Assembly (NCBI RefSeq): GCF_009914755.1
Contig: NC_060927.1
DNA from: the human T2T-CHM13v2.0 reference genome, Homo sapiens
Strand: one strand, 5' to 3'
DNA: 64,000 nucleotides
In this document: positions 1-18,324 of the stretch, piece by piece
How positions within the stretch are numbered: position 1 is the stretch's first letter
Layout of the letters: each line of letters begins with the position of its first letter
The notes under the pieces: model-generated
Told to the model about the DNA's origin: nothing
What the model saw: the letters and a program-made list of their open reading frames with translations, nothing else
Databases searched by the model: none
Program-made: the position numbers and the translations under genes

Positions 1-789
1 TAGTATAAATGTGGGTTCTATTACTAGCACACACAATCCCAGTAATGAGTCTGAGTAATGGTATTGGAAAGGAACTCTGAAACTGTGTCCTCCACCCGCC
101 TCCCCCACTAAAGGATCTTTCTTATAGTAGCTCTGTTCCAGTATCATCTTTCTGATCACACAAATTGGATCAAGTGCCTGCTAGATGGGCCCAGGCTGTT
201 GAGGTCCTGGACTAAAGCCACAGAGGCCAGTTCCTGGGATTGAGGTTCCCAACAGCGCTGGATCAGGAAAGAGGAAATAGGCCTATAACTAAGTAGGTGA
301 CTTTTCCGGCTAAAGCCAAGGGCATTGGCTTCATCCAGTCAAATCACCTTGGATGATGGTCTATCAGTGGTGGCCAAAGGCAGTCTCTTCAAGCGGCCAA
401 GGGAAGAGCAGATTCTCTAAGTGGCACGGGGTGACGGGGCTGACAGTGAAACGGCAGTTACCACATTGAACTAAAGTTGGTGGTGGACATCCCTGTCCCC
501 TCCACAATATTATCAGAATCATCACAATATCTTATTAATCTTAATAAAGCCACTTTCTAGAATATCAACATGTTACAGTATAAACATAAATTAATTTTAT
601 TTTTCTAAAAAAGTTGCTTTCTTTGTCCAGCAAAATGTGAGCATAAGTAAAGGCCATAGCTGGATGGAAGCCTTTAAGAGCCAGTGTGTGTTGTGATTGG
701 ATAAGCCAGGCTGTATTCAGAGGTCCTACTGCAAGGCAGTCCATTCCTTTCCTGGATAGTTGATCATTTGGGCAAAGACATACTCCGTG

Positions 790-950
790 CACTGCATTCA
801 GTTTCTCATTTAATCTTCCAACAATCCCATGAAGTAGGTTTTGTGATCTCCAGGTTACAAACAAGGCAAATGTGACCCAGGGAGATTAGCTGCCCAGAGT
901 CACGTAGCAGAGTCAGGATTCAAATGAGGTCTTGCTCTTGGCACTGCACT
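790..950 (-). mobile_element. MIR SINE fragment
   Basis: ctcatttaatcttccaacaatcccatgaagtagg...gctgcccagagtcac...caggattcaaa matches the reverse complement of the MIR core. Confidence 0.65.
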
Positions 951-989
951 CAGCCACTTGGTTAGAAAACGTTTCTTTCTTTAGAATCC

Positions 990-1362
990 TGTGTTAGTTT
1001 GCTTGGGCTTCCATAACAAAATACCACAGGCTGGGTGGCTTAATAGAACTTTTCTCACTGTTATGGAGGCTGGGAAGTCTGAGATCAGGGTGTCTGCAGG
1101 TTTTGTTTCTTCTGAGGCCTCTCTGGCTTGCAGACGGCCATCTTCTCACTATGTCTTCACATGGTTTTTCTTCTGTGTGCACAAGTCCGTGGAGTCTCTC
1201 AGCAAGTCCAAATCTCTTTTTATGAAGATAGGTTGGAAGCCTCATTTTAACTTCATCTCACCTGTTTATAGGCCCCCTCTCTAAATACAGTCACATCCTG
1301 AGGTACTAGGGGTTAGGGCTTCAACATATGGATTTCAAGGGGACACAACTGAGTCCATTACA
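990..1362 (-). mobile_element. MaLR solo LTR, MLT1B-like
   Basis: TG...CA ends; tgttagtttgcttgggcttccataacaaaataccacag and aaatacagtcacatcctgaggtactaggggttagggcttcaacatatg match the MLT1B termini (reverse). Confidence 0.85.
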
Positions 1363-1399
1363 TGCCCCAATCTGTCTCTTCAATTTTCCCACATTGGGA

Positions 1400-2050
1400 C
1401 TAGTTCTCCTCTCTCTAGTTCCCAGATATGTGAAATGCTTTCCCCCTTGCAACAGTCATCCAAAGGTAGGACCTTCTTCCCATGTGGTCTAACCAATGCT
1501 GAGGATCATTCAACACTTGCTTCTTTTGTTTCAAATACTATTCTTCCCTTGGTCTTAGGTTTTTTAACAGCTGCATCATTCAGCTCTCTCTTCATGAGCT
1601 TTTGTTCAATATAAATCCTAGAATTTCTTTGGGGTGCCTTTGGTGTCAGGTTTATCTCCCCCATTCTATTATCATTCAATTGATTTTTTGAACCCGAATG
1701 TAGTCATTTACATTCACATTTGGTTTTGTTTATGATTATAGAATACATGTTTATTACCATTCTCATTACATTTCCTCTTGTTATTTTTGACTTCTTACTT
1801 GTGGCTTTGAAGAGCTTTTGTACATAATGCTGTTTTTCTAATATACTTGTTAGTCATGTCAGCTATACGTCCATTACTTCATGAGTGTATCTTGTCTACA
1901 ATTATCTAAGTTGTTGGGAGACATGTTTAACCAAAAAGTTCTGACAGAGCTCTAGGTCACCCTTGAACTGTGCCTCTGTAGTTTGACATTCAGGTGCATA
2001 GAAGAACACTGGTGAACTCACCCAGCATCCCACCAACATTTGTCAACAGA
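1400..2050 (-). mobile_element. Highly decayed L3/CR1 LINE fragments
   Basis: ttgattttttgaacccgaatgtagtcatttacattc resembles antisense L3; boundaries vague. Confidence 0.35.
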
Positions 2051-3835
2051 GATTCCTTTCTCCTCTGAGTCAAAGAAGCTGACAGCCCCCATCCATTCCG
2101 TCTTTTTCTTGGGCTATCATGCAGATTGGTAAGCGTACTAGGACTCAAACCACATCTTTTTGGCTGCTGGAGGTTTGATTTCCCTGCTGGCTTTGACTCA
2201 GGAGCCCTTAGGTATGCTTCTGGATCCTGGAGGCTCAGCAGTCACTCAGCTGGATCTAGCCCAAGCAGAGCTTGCCCACGGGGAACCCTAAGAGGACTCT
2301 CATGGGCTGGGAAGAGCCTTAGTTCTGACAAGCTAAGTGTTCCAAAGGGATTTCCCTTCACTAGGGGTGCTTCGCTCTGTATTGTGGCTATTCTCAAATT
2401 CAAATAATGGAATAGAAAACAGTCCCTGATTTAATCTGCTGCTCCAGCCCCTGTGAGGACACAGCTGGTGAGGGTGTGCTGCTCTATTCACAAGTTAGTC
2501 CCTTCTCTCCAGCCTTGCAATAATTTTGTTGTCTTTGTTATTCTACATCCTGCGGTGACTTCCCTGAGTGCAGTGAGTGATTAATTTAGCTGGTGTCACA
2601 GGCTACAACATGTTGATATAAAGGGGAAAATAAAGAGAAAAAGGGAAGTGTGGAAAGGGTGGAAGGCTACTGAGGCAAACACACACAGAACCCAAGCTCC
2701 AGACCTCGCACAAAACACTCCATTGGCCAAAGTGACCCTATGACATTGTTTTTGTGAACATGAGTATGAACCTCTGAATGGTTGAGTTCCGAAATTCAAA
2801 GCCTGAAACTCTCCCAGGGCTTTCTCACTTCCCCCACTGCCTCTGAAACATCAATAGCTTCAGGAAATAATGAAAAACAAATCAGAAATAAAATCAGCCC
2901 TTGAAAACCTATGGTTCTCTATAAAAAGGGCATCTACTGTTCAAGTGCTAGTTCACAACAAAGCAAGCTTCAGGATGTTGCGTGAAAACAAATTCCAAGG
3001 GGGGTTTAGTTTCTTTTGTTGTTGTGGCAGTTTTAATGCCCAAATTAACCCTTTATTCTTCTTGGCTCACAAAGCTAAGAAGGGCTCATGCAGCTATGGA
3101 TTTGTGAGATATCCTATTGTTCATCAGTCCAAGGTGGAAGTTTGTGCATATGGTTTATAATATTGGTGGGGGAGGTAGTTGATTCAAGGGATAATCCTCT
3201 TTATACCTCACATAAGGTAGTTAGTTGTTTTTATAATACCTTGGAAAGACCTTAATTTCATAATGGTGAAACCACTGTAGTGGGACTGTAAATCATCAAG
3301 ATTCTTTATGTAATATAGTTTCCACCATCTGTAATCCAATGACCCCCTCACCATTTTGTAATTTTACTTTTAAATATTGGGTTATGAAGTAAATTAAGAG
3401 GGAATGATTTTTTTTGTATTCACACTAAGCCAGGTTTTGACAATTTTATCTTAACATTATTTTTAGAGAGAGCTGCAATAATTTTCATTTAAAAGTGATA
3501 CAATTTCATTAAAGAAAATATAGAAAATATTTTCTAAAAAGTTACCCAAAATGTCATTACACAGAGATTACCACTGTTAATATATTTGGGCTATTCTTTT
3601 CCAGTCACAAAAGTATGTGTGTGAATATATGTTTCTATACTTTATTCCAAAAATGAGATAAATGCTGTACTTATTATTTTGTAACCTATATTTCTCCACT
3701 TAATAAATTATAAACATAATTTCATGGGATTTTATTCATTCTACATTATTTTTAATGTTTGCACAGATTTCATTTAATTGGAGCATGGAGGGGTAAAATG
3801 ATACACGCTCTCATTTCATTTAAAAAGTGTAAGAA

Positions 3836-4864
3836 GGGGGTGGAACCAAGATGGCCAAATGGGAACAGCTCCAGCCTGCAGCTCCCAGAGTGAGCGACGC
3901 AGAAGACGGGTGATTTCTGCATTTCTAACTGAGGTACCAGGTTCATCTCAATGGGGACTGCCGGACAGTGGGTGCAGGACAGTGGGTGCAGCGCACTGTG
4001 TGTGAGCTGAAGCAGGGTGAGGCATTGCCTCACCTGGGAAGCGCAAGGGGTCAGGGAATTCCCTTTCCTAGTCAAAGAAAGGGATGACAGATGGCACCTG
4101 GAAAATCGGGTCACCCCCACCCTAATACTGCACTTTTCCAACGGGCTTAACAAACTGCACACCAGGAGATTATACCCCACACCTGGCTCAGAGGGTCCTA
4201 CGCCCACGGAGACTCACTCACTGCTAGCACAGCCGTCTGAGATCAAACTGCAAGGTGGCAGCAAGGCTGGGGGAGGGGCGCTTGCCATTGCTCAGGCTTG
4301 AGTAGGTAAACAAAGTGGCCGGGAAACTCGAACTAGGTGGAGCCCACCACAGCTCAAGGAGGCCTGCCTGCCTCTGTAGGCTCCACCTCTGGGGGTAGGG
4401 CACAGACAAACAAAAAGACAGCAATAACCTCTGCAGACTTAAATGTCCCTGTCTGACAGCTTTGAAGAGAGTAGTGGTTCTCCCAGCATGCAGCTCGAGA
4501 TCTGAGAATGGGCAGACTGCCTTCTCAAGTGGGTCCCTGACTCCCGAGTAGCCTAACTGGGAGGCACCCCCCAGTAGGGGTGGACTGACACCTCACACGG
4601 CCAGGTACTCCTCTGAGACAAAACTTCCAGAGGAACGATCAGGCAGCAGCATTTGTGGCTCACCAATATCTGCTGTTCTGCAGCCACCTCTGCTGATACC
4701 CAGGCAAACAGGGTCTGGAGTGGACCTCCAGTAAACTCCAACAGACCTGCAGCTGAGGGTCCTGACTGTTAGAAGGAAAACTAACAAACAAAAAGGACAC
4801 CCACACCAAAAATCCATTTGTACGTCACCATCATCAAAGACCAAAGGTAGATAAAACCACAAAG
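3836..4864 (+). promoter_or_regulatory. L1 5'UTR internal sense/antisense promoter with YY1 site and ZNF93-binding segment
   Basis: YY1 motif caagatggcc at 3847-3856; extra segment 4612-4739 that is absent from the second L1; CpGs largely decayed. Confidence 0.8.
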
Positions 4865-5880
4865 ATGGGGAAAAAACAGGGCAGAAAAACCAGAAACTCT
4901 AAAGATCAGAGTGCCTCTCCTCCTCCAAAGGAACACAGCTCCTCACCAGCAACGGAACAAAGCTGGATGGAGAATGACTTTGATGAGTGGAGAGAGGAAG
5001 GCTTCAGAATATCGAACTACTCCAAGCTAAAGGAGGAAGTTTGAACTAATGGCAAAGAAGTTAAAAACTTTGAAAAAAAATTAGACAAATGGATAGCTAG
5101 AATAACCAATGCAGAGAAGTCCTTAAACGACCTGATGGAGCTGAAAACCACGGCACAAGAACTACGTGACGAATGCACAAGCCTCAGTAACCAATGCGAT
5201 CAACTGGAAGAAAGGGTATCAGCGATGGAAGACAAAATGAATGAAATGAAGCGTGAAGAGAAGTTTAGAGAAAAAAGAATAAAAAGAAATGAAAAAGCCT
5301 CCAAGAAATATGGGACTATGTGAAAAGACAAAATCTATGTCTGATTTGTGTACCTGAAAGTGATGGGGAGAATGGAACCAAGTTGGAAAACACTCTGCAG
5401 GATATTATCCAGGAGAACTTCCCCACCCTAGAAAGGCAGGCCAACATTCAAATTCAGGAAATACAGAGAGTGCCACAGAGATATTCCTCGAGAAGAGCAA
5501 CTCAAAGACTCATAATTGTCAGATTCACCAAAGTTGAAATGAAGGAAAAAATGTTAAGGGCAGCCAGAGAGAAAGGTCAGGTTACGCACAAAGGGAAGCC
5601 CATCAGACTAACAGCTGATCTCTTGGCAGAAACTCTACAAGCCAGAAGAGAGTGGGGGCCAATAGTCAACATTCATAAAGAAAAGAATTTTCAACCCAGA
5701 ATTTCATATCCAGCCAAACTAAGCTTCATAAGTGAAGGACAAATAAAATCCTTTACAGACAAGCAAATGCTGAGAGATTTTGTCACCACCAGGCCTGCCT
5801 TAAAAGAGCTCCTGAAGGAAGCACTAAACATGGAAAGGAACAACCAGTACCAGCCACTGCAAAAACATGCCAAATTGTAA
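4865..5880 (+). pseudogene. L1 ORF1p (RNA-binding chaperone), disrupted
   Basis: ATG 4865; in-frame TGA at 5042; 1-nt deletion near 5293 (span 1016 nt versus 1017 in the other copy); C-terminal half in ORF 5320-5880 (YPAKLSF, RDFVTTRPAL). Confidence 0.95.
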
Positions 5881-5943
5881 AGACCATGAAGGCTAGGAAG
5901 AAACTGCATCAACTAACCAGCAAAATAACCAGCTAACATCATA

Positions 5944-9736
<3,793 letters not shown>

Positions 9737-9960
9737 ACAAAGAGAACACATGGACACAGGAAGGGGAACATCACACACTGGGGACTGTTGTGGGGTGGGG
9801 GGATGAAGGAGGGATAGCATTAGGAGATATACCTAATGCTAAATGATGAGTTAATGGGTGCGGCACACCAACATGGCACATGTATACATATGTAACAAAC
9901 CTGCACATTGCGCACATGTACCCTAAAACTTAAAGTATAATTTAAAAAAGTGTAAGAAGG

Positions 9961-12148
9961 TAAAAATTATTTACATTCCTTCCACTCAATAAAAACCACT
10001 GTAAATGTTTATATGAGCCAACTTCCAGAGAGCTTCCTTTCTGTAAAATACCTTTTGCTCCAAGTGGTGTTTTGCGATCTGTTTTCAAGCACTTGACAAT
10101 TGGTCAAAGAGAAACTTGCATGTCCATACATATTTTAAAAGACAATATTGTATTCCATTGAATGTAAGTGTCTTATTTATACAACAAATGCCCCATTGAT
10201 GAACATTTAGATGGTTTCCAATTTTTTTGGTGGGGCACTATTCTAAACAACCCTATAATGAACATCACTGAGATTTTATCCATTTGAACTTGAATGACTC
10301 TCTCTTCAGAGTAAACTCCTAGATGAAGGATTGCTGGGGTAAATAGTACACACATTTTAACTACCAAAGTGACATTCAAAAAAGTATCAACTTATATGTC
10401 CACCAAATAGCACTAGAGAGAATTGTTGCTCAACAACACTGAGTTTTATTAACTTAATTTTTTTTGCCAGTCTTCTGGGTGAAAAATGAACTTCGTCCTT
10501 TTTTATTTACATTTCCTTGATTATTGGCATGGTTGAAATCTTCTCAGGTGTTGAATGTTTTAGTTCTGTGAGTGGTGTGAATATTTAGATGATTTCTGAT
10601 CTTTTAGCAGGGAGCTATTCTGAACAACACTGTAATGAACATCACTGAGATTTTAACAGTATGAACTCGAAGATTGTCTTGTCAGAGTAAATTCTTCAAA
10701 GTAAATAATTCATGTCCTATGCTCACTAAAATTTTTTTCTTGATTTTTAATGACTATTTAGTTAATAATATTGACTTGTGATCTATCATTCGTCTTTACA
10801 AACTTCTTTCCTATTTTGCTTCTTTCAATTTTATGATATTTTTAATAAAGTTGAAGTTTATATTTTTGTAGTCAAATAGTTCAATTTTTCTGAGTTTTCA
10901 TTACATGATTAGAAAGTTCTTTTCCCAATCCAAGGTTATAAAAAATTATCACTGTCTTCTTTGAGAATGGTCATGGTTTTATTTTTTATTATATTTAAGA
11001 CTTTGACCCATTTATAATTTATTTTGGTGTATCCAACTTTGCTTTATTCTAAATGGTTAGCCAGTATGTCAACAATTATTTAATAATTTATTTCCCCAAT
11101 CAATTTGAAATGTTACATTTATATTTTCTAAATTCCCATGTTTTAATATTTATTTTTTAAAATAGCTTGTTTCATTGCAAAAATAATATATGCCCATGGT
11201 AAGAAAGGACAGAAACATCAGAAAGTATATACAATGTCTACCTCTCATCACCAGTTCTTCCCCTCCTCTCAGTTCCTCATTTCCCCTCCCTAGGGGGAAA
11301 CATTTTCTAGAAGTGCTCTAGGGGTACAAGCATGAGGTATATGTGCGTGTGACATACATCATACAAGTACAGGCATCCTATTTTATGTTTACATAAATTA
11401 GAGCAAACTACACATATTAGTTGGCACTTAGCTGTTCCTTAACTAAATGATATATCTTGGAACACTTTATAAGATCAACAGAACTACTTCATTCTTTTTT
11501 GTAACCTTATAGCATTCCATTGTATATATGTATCATATTTATTTAAACAAGTGGGCTGTTTGTTGTCAATTCTTTTAGTCGATGCCTATGACCAACAATG
11601 CTACACTGAACACCTTGCCTCATCCTTCTTCTTGCACATGGGTAAATATAATATGGGACAAATTCCCCAAAGTGTCAGCTGCTGGAACAAAGAGATATGT
11701 GCATTTTATATTTGTTAGATATTGCCAAATTATCCTCTGAGGAGGGTGAACTAATTTATACTCCTGCCTACATTGAATGATCATGTTTGGATCCTTGCCT
11801 CATGTACGTTTTAAAAGAAATTCTCAATATGAAAATCAAAAAAAGTTATCTAATTGTTAATGTAAATTTTTTATTGTTAGGGAGATTGAAAAGTTTTTCG
11901 CTTATTTATGAACATTTTATCTTTTTTTAACCCAAATTTCATGTTTCTATTCCTTATCAAGTTCAGAGAACTCTTTATATATTGAGAAAATTAATCATTT
12001 GTCAGTATTATGTGTTTTAAATGTTTCTCTGGTTGGTCATCTGTCTTTTGACTATATTTATTATGATATTTTTACTGTGCATAAAATTTAATTTTAGGTA
12101 GTGAAATTTAACCTTTAACTTTATGGCTTCTAGGTTTGTTTCTTGCTT
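9961..12148 (-). mobile_element. Old L1M (L1ME/MD-type) 3'-end fragments; host sequence of the L1PA4 insertion (also ~3480-3820)
   Basis: tattccattgaatg...cccattgatgaacatttagatggtttccaa, ggattgctggggtaaa, gaactacttcattctttttt are antisense L1M motifs. Confidence 0.65.
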
Positions 12149-12161
12149 AGAAAGCTTTTCA

Positions 12162-12477
<316 letters not shown>

Positions 12478-12499
12478 AGAAAGCTTTTCACCTTTTCAA

Positions 12500-13520
<1,021 letters not shown>

Positions 13521-14634
13521 AGTGAGACTTTTTTCTTGTGTCACTTCAATACTGAGGTTCTTACTTTTATAGAGCATTCAGGTACATAACCACCACATTA
13601 TCAAATAGAGCCACACATAAGACCCACTCCAAACCCCAACCGGGTGTGAAGTGATGAAGAAACGGTAGGAAACACTTACCAAGTAGACGGTTAAAATACA
13701 GATAATGGACAATCAATTTAATCTTCAGGTAATTGTGCACTGTTAGAGTGTTTTTATAATTTAAAATAAAAGCGGAGGACAGTGTCATTCTTAGCAGAGG
13801 ACAATAATTTAATATGAATCAATGCTGGTGACCAATGCACTATGAGCATTTTGTCACCAATTCCTGCCTCCTCTTCCCTTGCTTCCTGTCTGTGTCAGAG
13901 ATGCTTTCTCCTAATGCATTCAGAAGGGCTATTTTGGGACTTGAGTCACCTTTCTCTCCTTGTGTCTCTGCAGCAGACACAATCCATCAACCTCCTATCA
14001 TATACAAAAGAAAAAAATCCACTCTTCAAGATAGTGGGGCGGTCATTTGTGTAGTGTGTTATCACAATGGCTGAGCCCAGGTTCTCTGATGTTTCTGAGT
14101 GTGAATTCTCAGCCACCTCAGATGCCCACTTTTGGTGCCCTGACCTGCTCAGTTTAGAACAGAACACTTTTCCTGACAAGTGGTGGGGTGCTAATTATAT
14201 TTTAATTAGAAGTATGGCCAAAACCCTGAAAAAGTAAGAAGTCATATAAACTTATGCATAATTATTGCATCATGTGACAAACAGGAAATACCCTGAGCCT
14301 AGTTTCATATTATATGCCATATTATATGTCAATAACTCAATTAATAGACACTAAGTTGGCTTGAGATCAGAAGCAAACCCTCCAAGTCATGACAGACACT
14401 ACAGAAAAAGAGAATCTTATGATTATGCAACTAGGTGAGGGTAGCCAACTATGAAGATGAATCTTAAGAAAAGCATCCTGCATAGTAATTATTTTTTTAT
14501 GAAAAGAAAACTCAACCTTTACCCAGAGGTTAGACCATCTTTCTTTGAAGATACAGTTGCCCCATTACTAACTTACAACAGCTCTATTGTCCAATACATA
14601 GGAAGGTTGAAAAAGCCTGGAAGTAATGCACAAT

Positions 14635-15561
14635 GTCCCCTGAATTGCAGACTCAAATGGCCAACTGCCTTCTTGATATCACCATTCCATTTTAACAGTA
14701 CACAAAATGAACTTTTCTTTTCCCCTAAACCTACTCCTCCCAGTCTCTCCCTCCAAAAAAAAAAAAACTTCTCCAGGCTTGATGTTTCTGATTCTCTTAT
14801 AGCTCATATCTGATTCATCAGCAAATCTGGGTGGTGTCACCTTCAAACTCTCTCTAAAATCCAAGCACTCCTCAGACCCACACTGCTACCACCCAGGTCC
14901 AAGCCACCATCATCCATGTCCTAGACTGTTGCACAGACCTCCTAACTGGCCTATTCTCAACAAGTGGCTGGAGTGATCCTGTTAAGAACTAAATTGTATC
15001 AGTCACTAATTTGCTGAAAACTCACCAATGGCCCTCCATCACACTCACAGTGGAAGCCAAGATACTTACCATGTTCTACAACACCCCGCATTTCTGGCCT
15101 TCAGTCACCTTTCCACCATGGCACTCTTCCATTACACCTCACCATATCCACTCTAGTCACCTTGCCTTACTGGTGTTCCTCAAACACACCAGCATGCTCC
15201 CCACTCAAAGTCTTTGCATCCTCCTCCTTGAACACTCTTCCCCCAGGTATCACATGGCTCACTGTCTCACCTCCTTAAGGTCTTTACTTACATGTCATGT
15301 TATCAGTGAGTCCTTCCCTGGACATATTGTTTAAAATTGCAACCCCTCTCTGCCACTTATCCTCCGTCTTTTCTTCTTTCTTATTCTTCTCAGGTTTCAG
15401 CACTAACATATTTCGCATTTTACTTACTCATTTATTGCCCTCTGGAGTATAAGTTCTTGAAAGGAAAGGAGTTTTATTTGATTTGTTCATTTGTACCCAG
15501 AACAGTGCCTGGCACATAATAGGCTTTATAACTATTTGCTGAATAAACAAGTGAATGAATG
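14635..15561 (+). mobile_element. L2a LINE 3' portion
   Basis: ccaagccaccatcatc, ctcctaactgg, agaacagtgcctggcacataatagg...tttgctgaataaacaagtgaatgaatg L2 terminus. Confidence 0.85.
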
Positions 15562-16859
15562 GGTATTTGAGGGTAAGGGATGATAAAATAATAACATGAA
15601 ACTTTAGTAAGATACTTATATTTTTACTTCTTAAATTAGATACTTGAAAGACTTGTTGATAAAGTCATATGTTAGCATCTTTTTTGTTGTTTGTAAAATA
15701 ATACCATTAACCTATCAAAGTTTCAAAGTTTTAATTATCACCTCTAACCCCTTCCAGTGGTTTCATTTTTCCTTGAAGACTCTGGGAAGGTAGGTCCGTG
15801 TGGTTCTCAATGACATCATCCTTATAATGAAAACTGTCAAGTCTTCAATTTAAACTGAGAACCACAATTTCCAATGTCGTTCTTTTCAATAAAATAGGGG
15901 AGTGGGGAAAACTTTCATTGGGCCAGTTCAACCACGAATATAATGCTGCTAATCCTAAAAGCAAAGTCCTAAATATTGAAGGTTAACTGGATCCATGTGA
16001 AGTCAGCCTAAAGAAAGACAGATTTTAGTGTGGCCAAAAGCATGCAGTGCCAGTGGCTTTAAATTCAATATAAAAAGATATTAGATATTAGAATGATCTA
16101 ACTTAGGCATTTGCCTGGTGGTACATTGTAGTGACCAGAGTCTATAATGATGTATGTCAGAAGATTCTCAGGGGCTCTGCTCATCATATCATGTGGTCTG
16201 ATCATCTCAGTCACTTGAAATTTTACCTCTTGTTTTTTCTATTGATATAAGTCATCTACTCATTAAGAACACTCCTAAAGTGAACTTTCATTAAACAGAA
16301 GGTAATTTATATTTGTTATACACACAGCTGCCATTAATATATAGCCAATTCAGTTCTTGTTTTATGTTGTTCCTCACCTATAAATTCATTTTGTAATTGG
16401 GCTTCTAAAGATTAGGAAACCAGCATTCCACATATAAAAGCCAGGTTACTTTAATATTCAGAATAGTAAACTATAGACACACTATGGAAAATAAAATTCA
16501 TGCTAAGACTAATTGATGGAGCCAGGAGAGAACAGATAGGGTTTGGAGAGCATATTCTCAGATTAAATGCTATACAACTCAATTTACATGCACTACATGA
16601 TTTGGAGGTAAGAATATGCCTTCGTACCTCCTAGAACTTCTATGCATAGAGTGAGAACGTATATATGAAGGCTTTCATTATGCCTGATTTTGTCTTCCTT
16701 TAACAATAAGGCTCTCTACCTCAACTGCCAGGTGAAAATTCAATGCCACTGTAATACCAAGCAAGTTCTGTATAATGAACTACGGAGGATTATATATTCA
16801 CGTTGCAGTGTAAATATCAAAACATGAAAAATGTATATCTATGGTTCATCCTACAGGAG

Positions 16860-17224
16860 TGATATGGTTAGGCTTTGTGTATCCACCCAAATCTCATCTT
16901 GAATTGTAATCCCCATGTGCTTGGGGAGAGACCTGGTGGGAAGTGATTGGATTATGCGGGTGGTTTCCCTCATGCTGTTCTGTGATAATGAATTAATTCT
17001 CACAAGATCTGATGGTTTTATAAATGGTAGGTTTTCCTGTGCTGACACATGCTCTGTCTCACCTGCTGCCATGTAAGACATGCCTGATTTCCCATCTTCT
17101 ATAACTGTAAGTTTCCTGAGGCCTCCCCAGCCATGCGGAACTGTGAGTCAGTTAAACCTCTTTCCTGTATAAGTTAGCCAGTCTTGGGTATTTCTTTATA
17201 GCAGTGTGAAAACAGACTAATATA
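16860..17224 (+). mobile_element. THE1D-like MaLR solo LTR
   Basis: tgatatggttaggctttgtgt...gaaaacagactaatata; perfect 5-bp TSD aggag (16855-16859, 17225-17229). Confidence 0.92.
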
Positions 17225-17703
17225 AGGAGTGATTTTCTAGTTTCGTTGGTCAATGGATCACTTTCTTAAAATAGTAGTAACTGAAGAATGAGATACCAAT
17301 TTCTTACTTGGATGGGAGCAGGGGGATACGAATATGAAGTACAGCTAATGAGATGACATTCTATTTCACAACTAAATGTTGGAGGAAATGAGGAGGGAAG
17401 TTTACCCAAGCATCAGGGATCTATGTTTGGTTTTGTTCTGCTTTTATTTTTAACTATATTTCAAGGTGGCTGTGTTGAAAGAAAAATGTTTGAATACTAG
17501 GTCTCATCCCAGGTGAAACCCTACACTGCACAGGTGGTGTCACTGAGTTTTGCCATCTCTGGACCCATCTATCGGGTTTTCTCATCACAGGGACCACCAG
17601 CGGATGCTCTCAGGCACCACAGATTCTGATCATTGCAGGCGGGGCCTCATATTCTGTCTAGTAACAATAAGTGGGATATTATCCTCAGGCTTACAATGTA
17701 CAA

Positions 17704-17913
17704 TAGTGTTTTTCACTCTGCCAGATTGTGGAGTTGATTGTGGCACAACTAGTACTTTTAAGTGAACTAAAATAGAAAATATTCACTGGTGTCACATGTA
17801 ATAAGAACAAGTATTGTTTACAAGTTCTAGAGGTGTGTAGGGATTGGGTTACTTAGTATTGATATGAAATTAATTGTGTACTAGAGTTAAGTCCACAAAG
17901 TTTGAAAGTCATT
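17704..17913. mobile_element. hAT-Charlie-type MITE, decayed
   Basis: tagtgtttttca start, aaaatagaaaatattc...aagtattgttt core, aaagtttgaaagtcatt end; family name uncertain. Confidence 0.45.
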
Positions 17914-18324
17914 TATGGCAAATTGCGATTCTTTGCCAATATTTGTATTTCTCCCGCCTTTCTGGTAACACAGCTGGAACATCTCAAGCCTCTCCTATAG
18001 TTAGTTAGGTGTACCCATGTGACTGAGATCTGGCTAAAGGAAGGTGAACAAAAGTGCTGTGCATTCCTTCCAAACCTTGTCCATGAAAATTTCCCAAACG
18101 TGATCCTTGCTTTTTCCCTGTCTGCAACTGAACTGAGAGGACCCAGAGGAAGGTAGAGCCACAAAATGGGAGGAGCCTGGGCCCCTGCATGTGTATGTGG
18201 AACGCTGCTTGCCCACCAACCCACACTAAAATGTGAAGGGACTAAAAAATAAACCTTTTGTATTAAGCCATTAAGATTGGGGGTTGTTTTGTTATAATAC
18301 CTAGCTTTACTTAACTCTTATACA
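17914..18324 (+). mobile_element. MLT1J-like MaLR LTR
   Basis: ccatgtgactgagatctggc, agagccacaaaatgggaggagcctgggcccctg, aataaacc...ttaagccattaagatt. Confidence 0.75.

Noticed and set aside
200-345. tRNA-derived SINE head or tRNA-like sequence
   Set aside because: Only a vague resemblance; no cloverleaf or clear A/B boxes
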